From positions 25,772,299-25,836,298 of the forward strand of contig NC_134025.1 in NCBI RefSeq assembly GCF_964204645.1: a DNA stretch of 64,000 bases, written 5' to 3'. This DNA comes from Tubulanus polymorphus. Its lineage: Eukaryota; Animalia; Nemertea. Positions 25,955 to 39,927 of the stretch are shown in pieces. The first letter of the stretch is position 1. Each line of letters begins with the position of its first letter. The notes below the pieces were generated by a model. It was not told the DNA's origin. It was given only the letters and a program-made list of their open reading frames with translations, and did not search any database. The position numbers and the translations under genes were made by a program.

Positions 25955-28900
25955 ATGAATGATTGGAGAATGACGAAGAACTATTGCACGTATTGTCAGA
26001 ATCTTGTCGAAGGTGTAAGGATCCGATGCGCTGAATGTCCAGACATCGATCTTTGTTTGCCGGTACGTTTTTACCACCCCGTCGTGAGCCTCACATCGCA
26101 CCCATGATATAATTTATCCTGCCATCCGATTGTATTTTGGTTTTGCCAGGAATTTATAGAATATAAAGGCAATATAATCATCTTTTTCAGTGTTACGCGT
26201 GTGGTGCAGAATTTGGTAGCCATAAAAAGGATCACGACTACATAGTTTTGGTAATTCTTCTACTACCCCGTTTTGAGCCTCCCTCCGACGACCACCATAT
26301 AGATCATGAAGTTCAAATCCTTACCAAAACTCATTTTCATGAATGAAAACTACTCTAACGATGGCTGTTTGTTTGATATCCAATGAGCTTTCAGTCATAT
26401 TTGTATATTCCTAATTCAATCATTTAGAAAATGGAATTTGTTTGAGATGATAATAATGATTTATATACGGTGCTTATGATTGTGGGAATTCCCCACACCA
26501 GTCAGCAGAGCATTGATTGACTGAATCACTTGATTTCTATAATAGATACATTGATAAACCTCACATTCATCTCTTACCTGATATGTTCAAAGTATCAAGT
26601 TTGTATAATAAAAAAGATTTTCATATTAATTTTAGGACAATCTTGATTTTCCTATTTATGGTGTATCAATAAATTGGACTGCTGGTGAAGAACTGCTGCT
26701 GCTTGATTCTGTTGAACAATATGGCTTTGGAAATTGGTTAGTGATTTTCCCATATAATTAGTAGTCTATTAAATTGTTTGCTTTAGGAATTAATGTAATG
26801 ACATTTGTTTTACAATTCTTAACTTAATTTTCAGGAATGATATCTCAAGTCATGTGGAAACGAAAAGTGCTGAAGGTAAATTTCATGAACTAATACATCA
26901 GTCAAAATCTGCTATAACGCCATCCTTTTTAATGCTAGTCCTCACTTAAAGCCAACAATCTGAGAACAAATGCCATTCAAATTTAATGAAAATTCCTTTA
27001 TGTATATTGCCGTATTCGTTATTAAGCCAAATTTGATGGCGTTATTACGAGCTTAAACTGTATATTATCTTGTTTCTGAAACTTGTATGAAGATCTCTTT
27101 TTCTTGTTCGCCAGAATGCAAAAATCATTACATTGCGCTCTACATTCATGGGAATATTGGACAAGGTAGGAGATAACTCTGCAATAAGATTGGAATTATT
27201 CGTAATGAAAATACTTGAGAATTTATGGTTTAGTAATTGCTTTCTTGTTTCGATTTTGCTAGTGACATTTCCGGATTCATTCAAAGCACGTATTGTAGAC
27301 CACACAGCCGAACCAGGTACAGTTTACTCAATCCTATATCGCCAGCTGATTATTTGCATCATTCTAAAGTGTTCGAGGATTATTTACTTAAACTCTTGAG
27401 TGCCAATGGCATAAAAAATCAAATAGTCAGTGCTGAGTTTGGTGTATAGGACATCAAAATTGAGAAGTTTCGACTGAATTATGCTATTTCAGAGAATATA
27501 TTGCTTCATAATGAGTACTACTTCATAATATTCATAATTAGCTGAAACGATGAATTTGCTGAGGCAAAGATAGACATTTCTAGCCAATGACAGGCAGGCA
27601 TCAGGGGTTAACCGATGATATTTATTTTTTAAACAGGTTTCTCACCTCCTAGTCACAATCAACCTATTCCGCCGGCTGATTTAACAGTACAAGAACAACA
27701 TGAACTGGGTTACATGCCATATAGAGATGATTTTGAAAGAGTAAGTGCTTGCATTTGATTAAATTGATTCTTCCTATCTCATTAAAGATGCTGAAATATG
27801 CTTTGAATGTTTTGGTTTAAAGGGTATTCTTATGGCATATTCTTATGATTATCTTATGCCTTTTAGGATTATGACAATGCAGCAGAAAGTGAAATAAGTG
27901 GACTGTGTCTCCACCATGAAGATGATGAAATTGACACGGGTAAACATGCTATAACAATGCTACGTTAAATTGAAAATTATATTTGCGCGTGATTTTGACG
28001 AAAATATTACGTTTTTGCAGTGTTCAAGTTAGCTCAGGTAGATAAATATAGACAACGTCTAAAAGAGAGACAGCGACGAAAAACTATAGCTAGAGAGCAC
28101 GGGCTTTTATCACAGTTCTTCCAAAATAGGCAGCAAACTACCAAAATTACGAAGAAAAAACCTGGAAAAGAGTAAGTTTGATTTGGAGCATACCAATATT
28201 TCATATGTGCATAAAGACAAACCGTATTATTCATAAGCATTTGGTGTTTGATTTCTTAGGGATCTTCATCAAAGATTGCAGGTTTTTTCCCAAGTTCTCT
28301 CAACTGCAGAAAGAGAACAATACTTCGAAAATTTAGACAGTAAGTTAATCCTGTTAGTGGATCTCGAAACAATACGTAATACTAATGTATTTGAATATTC
28401 AAGATTTGATAAAAGAATTTTCCGTCTCCCATTTAAAGAGAAAGCATCTTTTTATGAAATTTTAGAAGAGAAACTGATCAAACAGAAAATCAAAGAACTT
28501 CAGAAATATCGAAGAAATGGCATTACAAAATTAGAAGGTAAGACATCTCTTGCATAACTTAAACATTCAGCCACTGTCTCTGTCTTTTGTCATCGATCGC
28601 CTTCATTGATCGGGCTGTATATTTACAGATTGTCACGAGTATGATGTGGAGCGATGTATGCGTGATAAGAAAAAAGATACGACCAACAAGAAGAAAATGG
28701 TATGTAATGGGAGTAGGTATTATTTTTTTACTCTTCGCACGATAAATATATGATGAAAGAAGAAACTCCCCAAGTTGTCAATAGTGAAGTAAGTTGCATC
28801 GTCTTAGTTATTCTTAATTAACGGAGGAAGTTTTGTGCATCTCCTAGAGAGGATATGAAGGATAACTGCATGAAACTAATTAAATTTGAAGTAGCATGGT

Positions 28901-30178
28901 ATGCCTGTATGAACAGCCAGATAGAGATATCATGTATCTCCAATGTTAATTATAATGTACCAGTACATATATTCCATTGATATGAGGGGGTTTCTTCCTT
29001 TCATTTTGTCTAGTCATGTCAAATTGTTGTGTTTAAAACCAAATGCCTGGTCATGCAAAAAATACCAATTGAAATTCCACCTTAAAAGTTTGTTCAAAAA
29101 ATAATTTACACGGGACAAATCGGTTGCATGATTTGAATGGTTTCTTGTGTGATGTGTTTCTGTGTTTTACAGTAATCGTTGCTTTTCTGTTGTTTTAATG
29201 AGACTAAATTTGTGATGGCAATATTCCATTGTAGGTCTCAATGGCAACTACGAAACGCACATCAATGGTTTCAAAAAAAGCCGCAAACGAAGAAAACGCA
29301 AACTCTTCTTCACAAAGAGGAAACGCAAGTCCAAAAAGCGAAATGCAGCTTGTTCATGATCCGTCTACATTGCCAGGATTTGAATTGTTATCTGCCCGAG
29401 AACATAAGGTGAGTAGTGGTCAGTCATTGAGATATGGATGGCGGCAGAGATTGGTCTGGCCGATACTTACAGCTCATTGTGTTGGTTTAATGTTTGCAGC
29501 ATTAGTATATACAGAACCTGGGGAATCTCTCTGTTCATTTGTCAATAAACATATTTGATACTTTGTATTGCTTAGGATGTTCATTTCGAACCAATATATA
29601 TGTATGTTGTATAGTTTACCTAATGGTTTCTACTTACTGTTATGTTCTTTGTACTGTAATGATTTTGTAAATGGTGCTGTTACTGTACTAGTGATAACTG
29701 TTATCTCGAATTATATGAAAAAGTCTGTACCACAGTATTTCAAAGTTTATATGTGTGTAAATGAGTTAGCTTAGTTTTCCAGGGTGTAAATGTCAAGTAA
29801 TGACATTCTTTTCTTTTCTTCCATTTATTTACATCTTAAATGTCAATGGGTAGGTTAGGTTGATTAAAAAGAATTAAAGTAAACAATGCATTTCCACTGT
29901 TTTGCAGCTATGTAGCTCCATTGGAATGAAACCAGCTAGTTATGTTACTGTTAAGACGTGTATTTTAAAGGTGAGTTTTCTCACAGTACATTTATTGATA
30001 AATGAGAGAAAAATCACTCGGACATATTTGCAGCAACATTTTGTCCTTATTACAGGACTTCCTCCAAAGACGCCAGGGTGTACCTGTTAAAGTTCGCTAT
30101 CCTTCAGGACTGGAAAAGTCTCATAGGCTTAAGATCATCAATTTTCTTACTGAGGCGGGCTGGATTGGAGCTGCATAG
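25955..30178 (+). CDS. TADA2B: Transcriptional adaptor 2-beta (SAGA HAT module; ZZ + SANT + SWIRM); start may be 25955 or 25970
   Basis: YCTYC...RIRCAECPDIDLCLPCYACGAEFGSHKKDH; WTAGEELLLLDSVEQYGFGNW; YIHGNIG; EQHELGYMPYRDDFE; LPGFELLSAREHKLCSSIGMKPASY; FLTEAGWI, all ADA2B-type motifs. Confidence 0.93.
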
Positions 30179-32571
30179 CTTATTCTATATAGTATCTAAT
30201 ACGTAATAAGTATTCGATGTCTTGCTCGTGATTTTGTTTTCATTCTTGTTTTGTCATCATTATTCTTCATAACTAGCAATTGATCTGAATATTACATGAA
30301 AGTTGTGATTGTTAGCGATTGAAGATTGTGAGATCAAATATTCATTCCATTTACAGCTAATACAGGCTATAAGCTGTTGATTAATACCTATGTTGTATCC
30401 CACCAAATACATGGTGAATCTCCTCTGTGTATTGTAGTAGTGAAACCTTCATGATTGTGTGGAGGTTATCAGTGTCTGGCATTGGAACCCTTGTTATTGT
30501 ACTTCACATTAACGGAGGCTTTGAGATTGAAAACGAAATCTCTAGATTGAAGAGAATAACCTGTTAAAGTTTTATATTGTACAGTGATATATTGATTTTA
30601 AAGAACAGAGCCTCAGCTGGTCTAGGATGCTATGTACCGGAAGCTTTATTTTGATTGATGTTTTTGAATGAAACAGCTCTCCCGTGTGACCAGACATATT
30701 GGTTTACATGTATTCATGTACATAAAAAAATCTTGTTTATGTTTCAAAGAGATGCATTTAATAATAATAATTATTATTATATATATATATATATATTAAA
30801 AGGGTATACTTTGTAAATAGACAGAATTAGTCTTACTAATTGAATGTACAGTAAGATCATGCGAGAATGACTGTCATTGTCTGGCTGATGATATATGACT
30901 GGATGTACGTAAATTGTTCTTTTGTGCAATGATTTTATTTTACGGCATATTTCATAAGTCTTAGATTTAAAGTCTACCTGATTGGATTTTGATCCGTTAA
31001 GAAAAACGATCTGGTTTTATTTAATTTTGGAATATCTTTATTAGAAATTTCCTTTAGTTTTACATCCTTGCTTTATCATGTATATATATTTTAAGCCACT
31101 ATTCTTATCTAGTAGTTTGGTGTTTGTAGCAGATTTGATTGTTTAATTATTAGTTATACTTAAGCAATAAGTAATTATCTGCCCATTCATTGATGATACA
31201 TGTGTGCAGTCAGGTCGATGGCAGTTAGGTTTTTTTTTCTCAGAAATGTATAAAATACATACCTGAATATTATTGAAAAATTTGTATGATCGTCGGGTGA
31301 ATGGAGATTTTGTAAGTACGAGTTTTTGTATGAAGAAAATAATTTATAAATAATAAAATTATATACATCACTCCCATGTTTATATTGTCTTATCAATTTA
31401 CTGGATATTTTGCAGCAATTCTAGATTAGAAATTTTGTCGGCTCTTTCGGTGATAAAAATTGTACTCAAATGTAGAGCATGCTTTGCTGTGGCATTGAGT
31501 TTCAGATGTTCCATTTCTGAATTATTCTTTTTTGTATGCATTCTCTATTCTTCTGCATCCGGAGCACCCACAGGCTGTATCAAGCACAGAAAGATCCAGT
31601 GACCAATTTTGAAGTACTTGTCACATCCTTAAAGGTCCACAAAGGCAATTATGCGTACTCTTGATAGCTGAACTGATGTTAGCTATGGTACATATCCACC
31701 AGATGGCAAGTGCGATCATTGGACAAAAGTTAAAAATCTGGCCAGTACTAGTAAAATTGCTAAAAAATCATTGTTGCTACAAAGGGGTGCTTGAAGTTGC
31801 AATAAAAACTGTTACCGTAATTTTAAACAAGCTTTATCCCTGGAATTCATAATGTGTTGGACATGATCGGCAAGAAAAGTCTCTGCATTCAGTGTTCTGT
31901 AGCAGTAAATCAAAAAGAAGCTACTATCAATTCCCAAAAACAGCTCTGTATCAATTGTCATTACGACACAAAGTGATGAAAACACACGTAATTATGACAA
32001 CAAAAAATAATTCTATTTCCAATAGAGATTGATACACAGATTCATTTGTATAAGAGATCAGAATATTACAAGAAAATATTCACAACAAATTGTCAATACT
32101 GATCAGGGGGACGGAGAATACACTGACCAGAGATTATGTCATCATGATAATTGATTAATGAGTAAAATTGTCAAAATTATTTATAGGACTCGACAAAAAC
32201 AACAGCAAAATACATAAGGACTGTCGAATATGCTTGATATTGGTCTTTTAAAAAAGCTTTTGTAAACATTTTAAGGACATGAGCATATGATTTTGAACAA
32301 AAAATTTTATCACTTATTAAAAGTAATGCCAACAGTGTTGTTTAAGATAAAGAAATATGTTGCACACTAGGTGCAAAGTACCACAATTAATACCACTGGC
32401 TATTAATAGTCCTTCCCTGGTCATATATATGTTTTCATCAACGTTTATTCACAGTCCTACAGCATTAGAACAACAAACATGAAATCAATATAGAGCCGTC
32501 AAAAACCTGCCACTGTTATGGTCAGTTACAACAAATGAAATATGTGGTATACATCAAAACAAAAAATAAGA

Positions 32572-35160
32572 TTAATCAAGATTGCTGTCAACATGGATTC
32601 TTTGACAATCAAATCCACCAGTACAAACTCGATTTTCTGATCTACCAAGCCATGAAAATTCTGAAATTTCTTGAGCTCCTGATGGGGCACAATGAGGTGG
32701 CACTAAAAAGAAAAATAAAGCTAATTAAAATAAAGATAAATGACCAGATACATTAAACCTCAATTGGTAGATGAATCTTCATTTTACCTTTCTCATGAAG
32801 CAAGTCTCTTAGCTCTTTCATACGCTTCATATTAACTGTGGAGACGGCTTTATGGTCGACCATTGGTTGTGGATAGTCAACACCAACGATACAGTTAGCC
32901 TTCTCTTGAACAGCACGCGGCGCTCTCCAAGGTTGGAATAAGTATTTCAGAGGCATATCCTTTAAAACTGGCAAATAACGCCTGAAAATGTTATATATAG
33001 TCAACAAATAGACATCAAATTTCCTTCTTATTTGTAATAACAGTTAAATTAACATCAACCTGCATACCTGACAAATTCTCCTGTGGGATCCATAGCCATA
33101 CCGTATCTTACTGGGCAATAACAACGTGGACACTGCAATGCATTCTCAAATGCCGAACTAGAGACCCACATCCAATTACCTCCAGATACAGCAACATCAG
33201 CATCAATTATGTATTTCAAGAAAACCTAATAATTATACATAGATTCAAGTATTTCATTTACGCTGACAAACTAAAAAATATATTATATTAATGAATTGTA
33301 CATAAGAGTACCTCAAGACCTCTCTCCCAATTGATCCATAGGTCTCCCCTTGTTAAGAAGCAAGCAACTGCATGCCGACCAACGTGATGAATCCAACCTT
33401 CTTCTTTTAGTTGTTTCATAAGAGCATCAATCCATGGAAAACCAGTCTCACCCTGTTAAGGAAAACTTGTTATCGAGAAATCTTGGCTAGTTACCAAAAG
33501 AGAAATTGCTATCTAACAAGAAAATTGAAGTTGAAAGATTGGCGCTTTCCAGTACATTTTTTTGTGTGACAGTACAATATCTATTTACCTGTGTCCATTT
33601 TTCAAAATGTTCATTATTGTCAGACCATTCAATATTAAGACAGATCGGGTTATCTTTCATAACTGAATAGTTCTCATTATTGACGCACATCGTGTAAAAG
33701 TATTCTCTCCACATCAACTGACCAGTAACTCCGAGATGTGGAACCTCATCCGTCACCTGAAAATAATCGAATTAAACCAAACTTTACAGCAAAATTCACT
33801 AGGGCCTAATCAATCACTCACACGCTAGATAACATACCTTGCTGAACAAATTATGAACTGCCCAATAAAACTTTCGTACTGACAAACATCCAAATCTCAG
33901 ATGAGCACTCATACTCAACGGTGCGCCAACAAGATCCGGACTGTACTGATTTGGTAGACAAACACCTTCTTCAAATGCCTGAAAGTCAATCAAATACTCT
34001 AACCATACTGCCAAAAGACTAAGTTAACAATTTTTCATGGGCATAATTACCTTTTTTTCATGGGCTAGTCTAGATTTTAATAGTTCAAGCGCCTTGGTCT
34101 CACCACCAACCCATACATATTTTCTATTCAATTGATTCTCATCCTCTGGCTGAACACCTACATCCAATAGAATCAATTTAGGAGGGTTAGAATATGAGAA
34201 CTGGTATCATTGCACGTAATTAAAAAAAATTCATCCAATGACAAATTAATTTACAAACCTAGATCATTGAGGGATGGCAGAACAAATCTTTTATCAAAGT
34301 CATCTGGAACAGGCAAAGAAATGCCAGAGAAGTCTGGATCAACAACAGGTTTTGGTGGAGGACCAATCATCTCAACAACATCATTGAATTCAGCAAATGT
34401 CAGCGGTGGTTTTCCACCATTAACTTCAATTATCCTAAAATGATTGAGTAAAAAAAGATTAACCAGGGCCTCTGAATGCTTACATCGAATATTGCTATGA
34501 CAACAATATGTTTTTCTTACTTCCAAGGATCCCAGAGGGTGTGTGCTGTTTTCTCCACGCACTCAACACCACAGTCGCTACAGAGCCGCCTAACTTCATT
34601 ATCACGCTGGCGATACATTTGTTCGGTTTCCTGTTCAAATGTCAAACGAGTGATGTCCCACTCCTTAAAAAAAGTACAGTAAATTACTTATATATAACCA
34701 ACTGTGTGGCTACATGTATAATCTTCAAATGCAAAATATCTACTGACTTATTGGCCTACCTCAAAGAGTTGTTTAAGAATCTTTACTGCGTTTCCTTTGA
34801 ACACATAAAGACGCCCTCCAACTTTTTTGAGACTTTCATCAAGACTTTGTAGTGATTCGTGAAGAAAACGAAAACGATTAAAGCCAGAGGTTCCTGTTCC
34901 TGTGAGTTAATTCAGATGAGATCATCATGTCAAACTAAAATCTTGCACACTTAATCAACTAGAACTATCTTTGAATAACATTTTAAATCCAAAATATATT
35001 GTGAAATATTTCGGCCATTACCTGCCACAAAACCATCGAAAATGAAAATCAGATAACATTCTGAGCAGTCTTTCAGAGATGAGAGCAAAGATGGATTATC
35101 ATGAAGTCGTAAGCCATGACGAAACCAGTGTATAGCTATAACATTCTTTTCATTGTTCAT
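32572..35160 (-). CDS. CRY1: Type-1 (Drosophila-like, light-sensitive) cryptochrome
   Basis: [14 protein letters not shown]; [17 protein letters not shown]; [12 protein letters not shown]; [20 protein letters not shown]; [13 protein letters not shown]; [12 protein letters not shown]; C-tail [18 protein letters not shown] resembling dCRY PPHCRPSNEEEVRQFFWL; probable non-coding first exon with donor near 35660. Confidence 0.93.
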
Positions 35161-36501
35161 CTTAGTCGCTTTATTGATCTAAATAATGAAGAAAAACTAC
35201 TACTGCTTCACAAAAGTTTCACAAAACAAAATACACTGTCATTTATGTTTGAAATGTCTTAATTTTCATATCTTCGTTGAAAATACAAAGTAAACCTCGT
35301 GTAAGTCAGATCTTTTGGGACCAAAAAATCTGTACGACTTTGAATTAGTCAGATTTCCAGCCTTTTTCCCGAAAACTATGAATGAAGAGTTAATTTAATG
35401 AAAAAATTTAGTTAATATCTACTCTGACTTATAAAATTCAACTTATATGGATGTAAATTTCTTTAAAAAATTGGGGTCAGGCCCCGTGAACATTTGTAAT
35501 TTATTTCATATAAAACCTCAGTCTTGTATCCCACTGTTGCTCCCAAAGAAAGACCCATGCATTGCCTCATATTCAGACTAATAAAACCTGTGTTGTAAGA
35601 ATTATACAATCTGTGCACTTTCTCTTGATTCATTTTTCATTAAAAAAAATACTGACTTACCTTGCTGCTGGAACGAATATATCCTATCGAAGAGATTAGA
35701 AATGGATAAAGTTGATGACACAGTAACTTATATTACAATGTCTGTCAGGGGTCACTGGTGATGTGGGGTTGACTTGGTGAGCAGCAAGTAAACATCCCTT
35801 AGTGCCTTAACATCTGTTGACAAATCAGATACAAGTTGATCTGTTTTTATTTGTGACGTCAGTGCTTATCAACCAAGTCCAAGGTTATTTATTTATAGGA
35901 GTAAGAATAAATAAAGCATAGTAACACGTTTCTTTATCCTCGATCTAAAGGACTTTCATCTTATCTACTTTTTTCAGTAGTTTGAACAATCAACAAAAAA
36001 GCGAATTAATCAATCCAGTGTCGTGGGGATGCTGTAAAAAGCTTCTATCATAATTATTCATGTTGTACTTATTACGATACTGGGGGTTAAAAAATGTTTG
36101 TACCAGTGAACAAACCTTTGAATTAACAAAATAGGACAAAGAAAAAAATTATTGATTGGCCCTAAATTTAATTTGACAGAAATGCGGAAGTAAAATTCTG
36201 CGACCTTCAGTATCAGATATCAATTCAATTCAGTTTTATTGACCCGATGAACAAATGTATTCAAAGATTTATAAAACGATTATAAACAATAATAATATGC
36301 AAATTGTCCATACTAAGTTAGGAAAGAGTGGTATCAATGTTACATGTAATGATTTATCCCGTACTGATCAAGTTACTGTATCGGTTCATTTCGTTAAATA
36401 GTTAAGCTCGTGAATTACGATCGCACTTCGTGTAGGCCTAGTAGAAATTCACGAATTGAGAGCCGACTTTTGACAAGTTCAGGCCCCAATCCCAGAGGAA
36501 T

Positions 36502-38293
36502 ATGGCCCTCAATGCCGTCCCCCCTACTCTAAAGGCGATAAGCCATTATTTGAAAACTGCCAACGAACTCCTTAAATTAGAAGAACCAGAAACAGTTGTA
36601 GCGTATTATTGTAAGTTAATACTAAAAAAGTAATAATCTGGAAGTGAAAGAAATAATTTATATAATAATGCAAATTTGACATTTGTTGACTTAATTGATC
36701 TGTCAATTAATTTAGTATTTCATAGATTGATTGTGGTAAGGTTGCTTATTTCATTGGATTTATTACTAATTATAGGTCGTATTTATGCAGTACAGAAAGC
36801 ATTAAAAATTTCTGAGTCGAAACCAGAATGTCGCAAATTTATCTACCAGCTCATGGACGTCTTAGAAAAGGTATTCATACTGCGCAGAATTTTAAACAAA
36901 AATCACAAGCATAGGCTGAGTAATTTCATGTCTAGAGTACCTTTGAATTAGTAAAGTATCTAGACATCGTTCCGTCCGCAAACTAACAGTTGTGGGGGAA
37001 CCCTAGTTAGTTACCTAATCATTGGTGGTAAGCTTTTTATAATCCGATGGGCTTGTGGTTTGTGAAAATATCCGATCTTGAAACTAAACTACAGTCAGGT
37101 TACTGACTAGGGGAACCCATGCATTGTCTAATTCGACCTCAAAATGCGTGAATGCTACCTCGCCTGTTACAAAAAAATTTCAGATGAAAGGAGAATTAGC
37201 TGGTGAGGAAGTGATGCAGAATGATGTTGTTGCCGGTGTACACGTCGAAAACTATGCCTTGAAAGTATTCGAATTTGCTGATAATGAAGACAGAGCATCT
37301 CGTTTCAGCAGGTAACAAATATATCCATATGGGCTACTATATTGTCATCTTAATTATGAATAAATGAATGATAAATTTATTTTCTTGCAATAGGAATGTT
37401 GTCAAGTCATTCTACACAGCTGGCTTACTTTTTGATGTTCTATCTACATTTGGAGAACTTAGTGAAGAGGTATACTGCAGCATGAAGATCCACTTTAATA
37501 AAGTGACTAAATCGTAAGATATTTACACTTTTTGATTGATTTCCAGTCTGTCAAATGTTTTGTATTTTATTTCTAGATTACACATAAAAGGAAGTACGCG
37601 AAATGGAAAGCCTTGTACATAAATAAATGTTTGAAGGAAAATACGATACCAATTCCCGGTCCAATGGCTAATGAAGAAGAATTTGGGGGTGATGAAGGTT
37701 AGTAGGTGATGTACTTATTTAGAAAAATGTTGAAATACTGTATACTGTTCATTATATTCATATTGAAACTTTTTAGCTATGTTAAGTGTACCACAGCCAG
37801 GAACTAGCAGTGGTCAAACCCAGCCAAATCCTAGTGATATGACTCAACCTGCAAGTTACGGCTTTAACCTCATTCCACCGGGAAATGTAAATGTTAATGC
37901 TGGGCAGATTCAACCACCTGGTGCTCATGCTCCTCCATCTACGCCACAAGAACCGCAAGCTGGTGCAGCCTCTTCTGTTCCCAGTACACAAACATGGACA
38001 CCAACACCTGCAGCCGGTAAGATATGCTTTACTGATGACACTTGATCCATGTTTTGTAAAAACCTGACTTACTTACTGAATGGGAAGGCTAGCAAGGCTA
38101 ATTGGAAATTATCTTGATTCTTTGTTTGATTTTGCGTATTGTAGGAAATGTTTCGTTAACACCACATCAGTACCAGCAAGCAATGAAATACTGTAAATAT
38201 GCTAGCAGCGCTCTACAATATGAGGATTCTGCTACTGCTGTCGATAATTTAAATAAAGCTCTACGGTTAATTACTACTGGTCAAGATAGCTGA
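36502..38293 (+). CDS. VTA1: Vacuolar protein sorting-associated protein VTA1 (LIP5; VPS4 cofactor), 7 exons
   Basis: VVAYYCRIYAVQKAL; HVENYALKVFEFADNEDRA; VVKSFYTAGLLFDVL; KRKYAKWKALYI; C-terminal VSL domain AMKYCKYASSALQYEDSATAVDNLNKALRLI. Confidence 0.96.
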
Positions 38294-38883
38294 GTAACTT
38301 GACAAAAAGTCATTTGTTATATACTTCATGTACGTTCTTATTTTGATTTGAGCAGCTACAGAACTTTTAAATTGTGCTCATTATTACATGTACTACGATA
38401 ATGTACAAAGAAGCTGATTGGACTATATTTTCAGTTACCAGTAATGTAATTCTATTATCTTTTCATCATTCTTTGTTGAGCTTTCAGTTGGTATGTAGCG
38501 TATTTGTAGATTTTGTACATTTCAATGTGTAAAGATCATTAGATGATTGTCATTCTTATCGGCTGTATGAATCATATCAATTTTCTATGGCATACCTTTT
38601 AAACCATCTACAAATCCAAATGATATGGACTTTGTTTCAAATTATTCTATGAGTATCAGTTGTAACTTACAGATTTTCAATTCCTGTGAAATTTGTCAAG
38701 TTCCATCTTGGTACTACAATAAATTGAACTTGCACAGTCCACAGTGTTGTCTTGATTTGTACAGCATCATTTTGATCTTGTATTATAGTTAATTGATAAT
38801 CAATAAATGTACATATTATAACACAGGTCTGTCGACATATTGGGTTTTTGAAATTTGTCGCCTGTATGATTATACTGTAATTA

Positions 38884-39045
38884 CAGTGGAATCTCATTAA
38901 TATAACTAACTGATATAATGATTCATCAGATATAACAAATATAGAATTTCGTCCTTGATTTATTTCATACTGGATATAACAAAATATCGGTCATTATGAA
39001 CATATTTTCTGGTCCGATGAAGTTTATTGTAACGAGGTTCCACTG
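38884..39045. mobile_element. Tc1/mariner-pogo-type MITE, 162 bp, TA target duplication
   Basis: TA|CAGTGGAATCTC ... GAGGTTCCACTG|TA; a partial related end begins at 39698 (CAGTGGCAACTCGTTAC...GGACCAGCAAAT). Confidence 0.7.
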
Positions 39046-39764
39046 TACTTACCATTAATCCTTGGAACATCATCAGTGTTACTGTCACTGCGGCAGTTGG
39101 CCACTACCAGGCCAAGCATCTAAAATGAGAGGTACTGGCCTTGGGACTTCAGTACAGCAAACAAGTGAATGGTGAAGATTTATCATGTCCTGAGCCAAAC
39201 CGACCTAATGAAACTACTTAGAACTTTGATGCATCTACATGTTGAAGATATTGAAATTTAAAACGAAAAACTTGGACTTTCATTTCTATGATGCTGTGAA
39301 ATCAACATTTTATTCTATAAAATTAACTTAAGAAATTTTCCATTTATACAATTTTTACAATGCACTGCAGTGTGGTCCTTCAGAAGGGACATACATTTAT
39401 GTCGAAAAATACTGGTAAAATCCTGTAAATAATGCATGACATTACTACAAGTCCCTAAAACCATTAGAATAAATTAGTTAAAATATTTTGTTTAATAAGT
39501 TATTAATCGATTATGCTCTCTATATCTTTCTATAAGAATTGTCGACTGGGGAATCGGATGGATTTCAAATATTGCATCTTATGAGTGAGAAACTAATCCA
39601 AAACAAATGATTTTGAGCAAGTCCTTATATCCATTTCATCACCAAAAACTATCAGAAAGAGCATTAAAACATTTACTTTAACTCGAAATATAGAATACAG
39701 TGGCAACTCGTTACTACAAATGTCAGGGGACCAGCAAATCTGTTCATTGTAACATGTACATGTA

Positions 39765-39927
39765 CAGTAGACTCCGCCTAAGTGGGATCCAATCAACTGG
39801 GATAACCATTCAACTGCATATTTTTTTAAATATTTTTCGTAACACTATTTAAGAAATAAATAACATTCAACTCAAATCAGACACATTTTTACGGGCCCTA
39901 AAGAACTGACTATAGCCGAGCCTACTG
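39765..39927. mobile_element. Second TA-flanked MITE, 163 bp
   Basis: TA|CAGTAGACTCCG ... CCGAGCCTACTG|TA imperfect TIRs. Confidence 0.6.

Noticed and set aside
30758-30800. AT-only palindrome (AAT)n(TTA)n(TA)n
   Set aside because: Low-complexity microsatellite with no further structure.
35700-35935. Light/clock enhancer of the cryptochrome (TGACGTCA near 35854, CACGTT near 35925)
   Set aside because: Single short motifs are expected by chance, and no canonical D-box or E-box cluster was seen.
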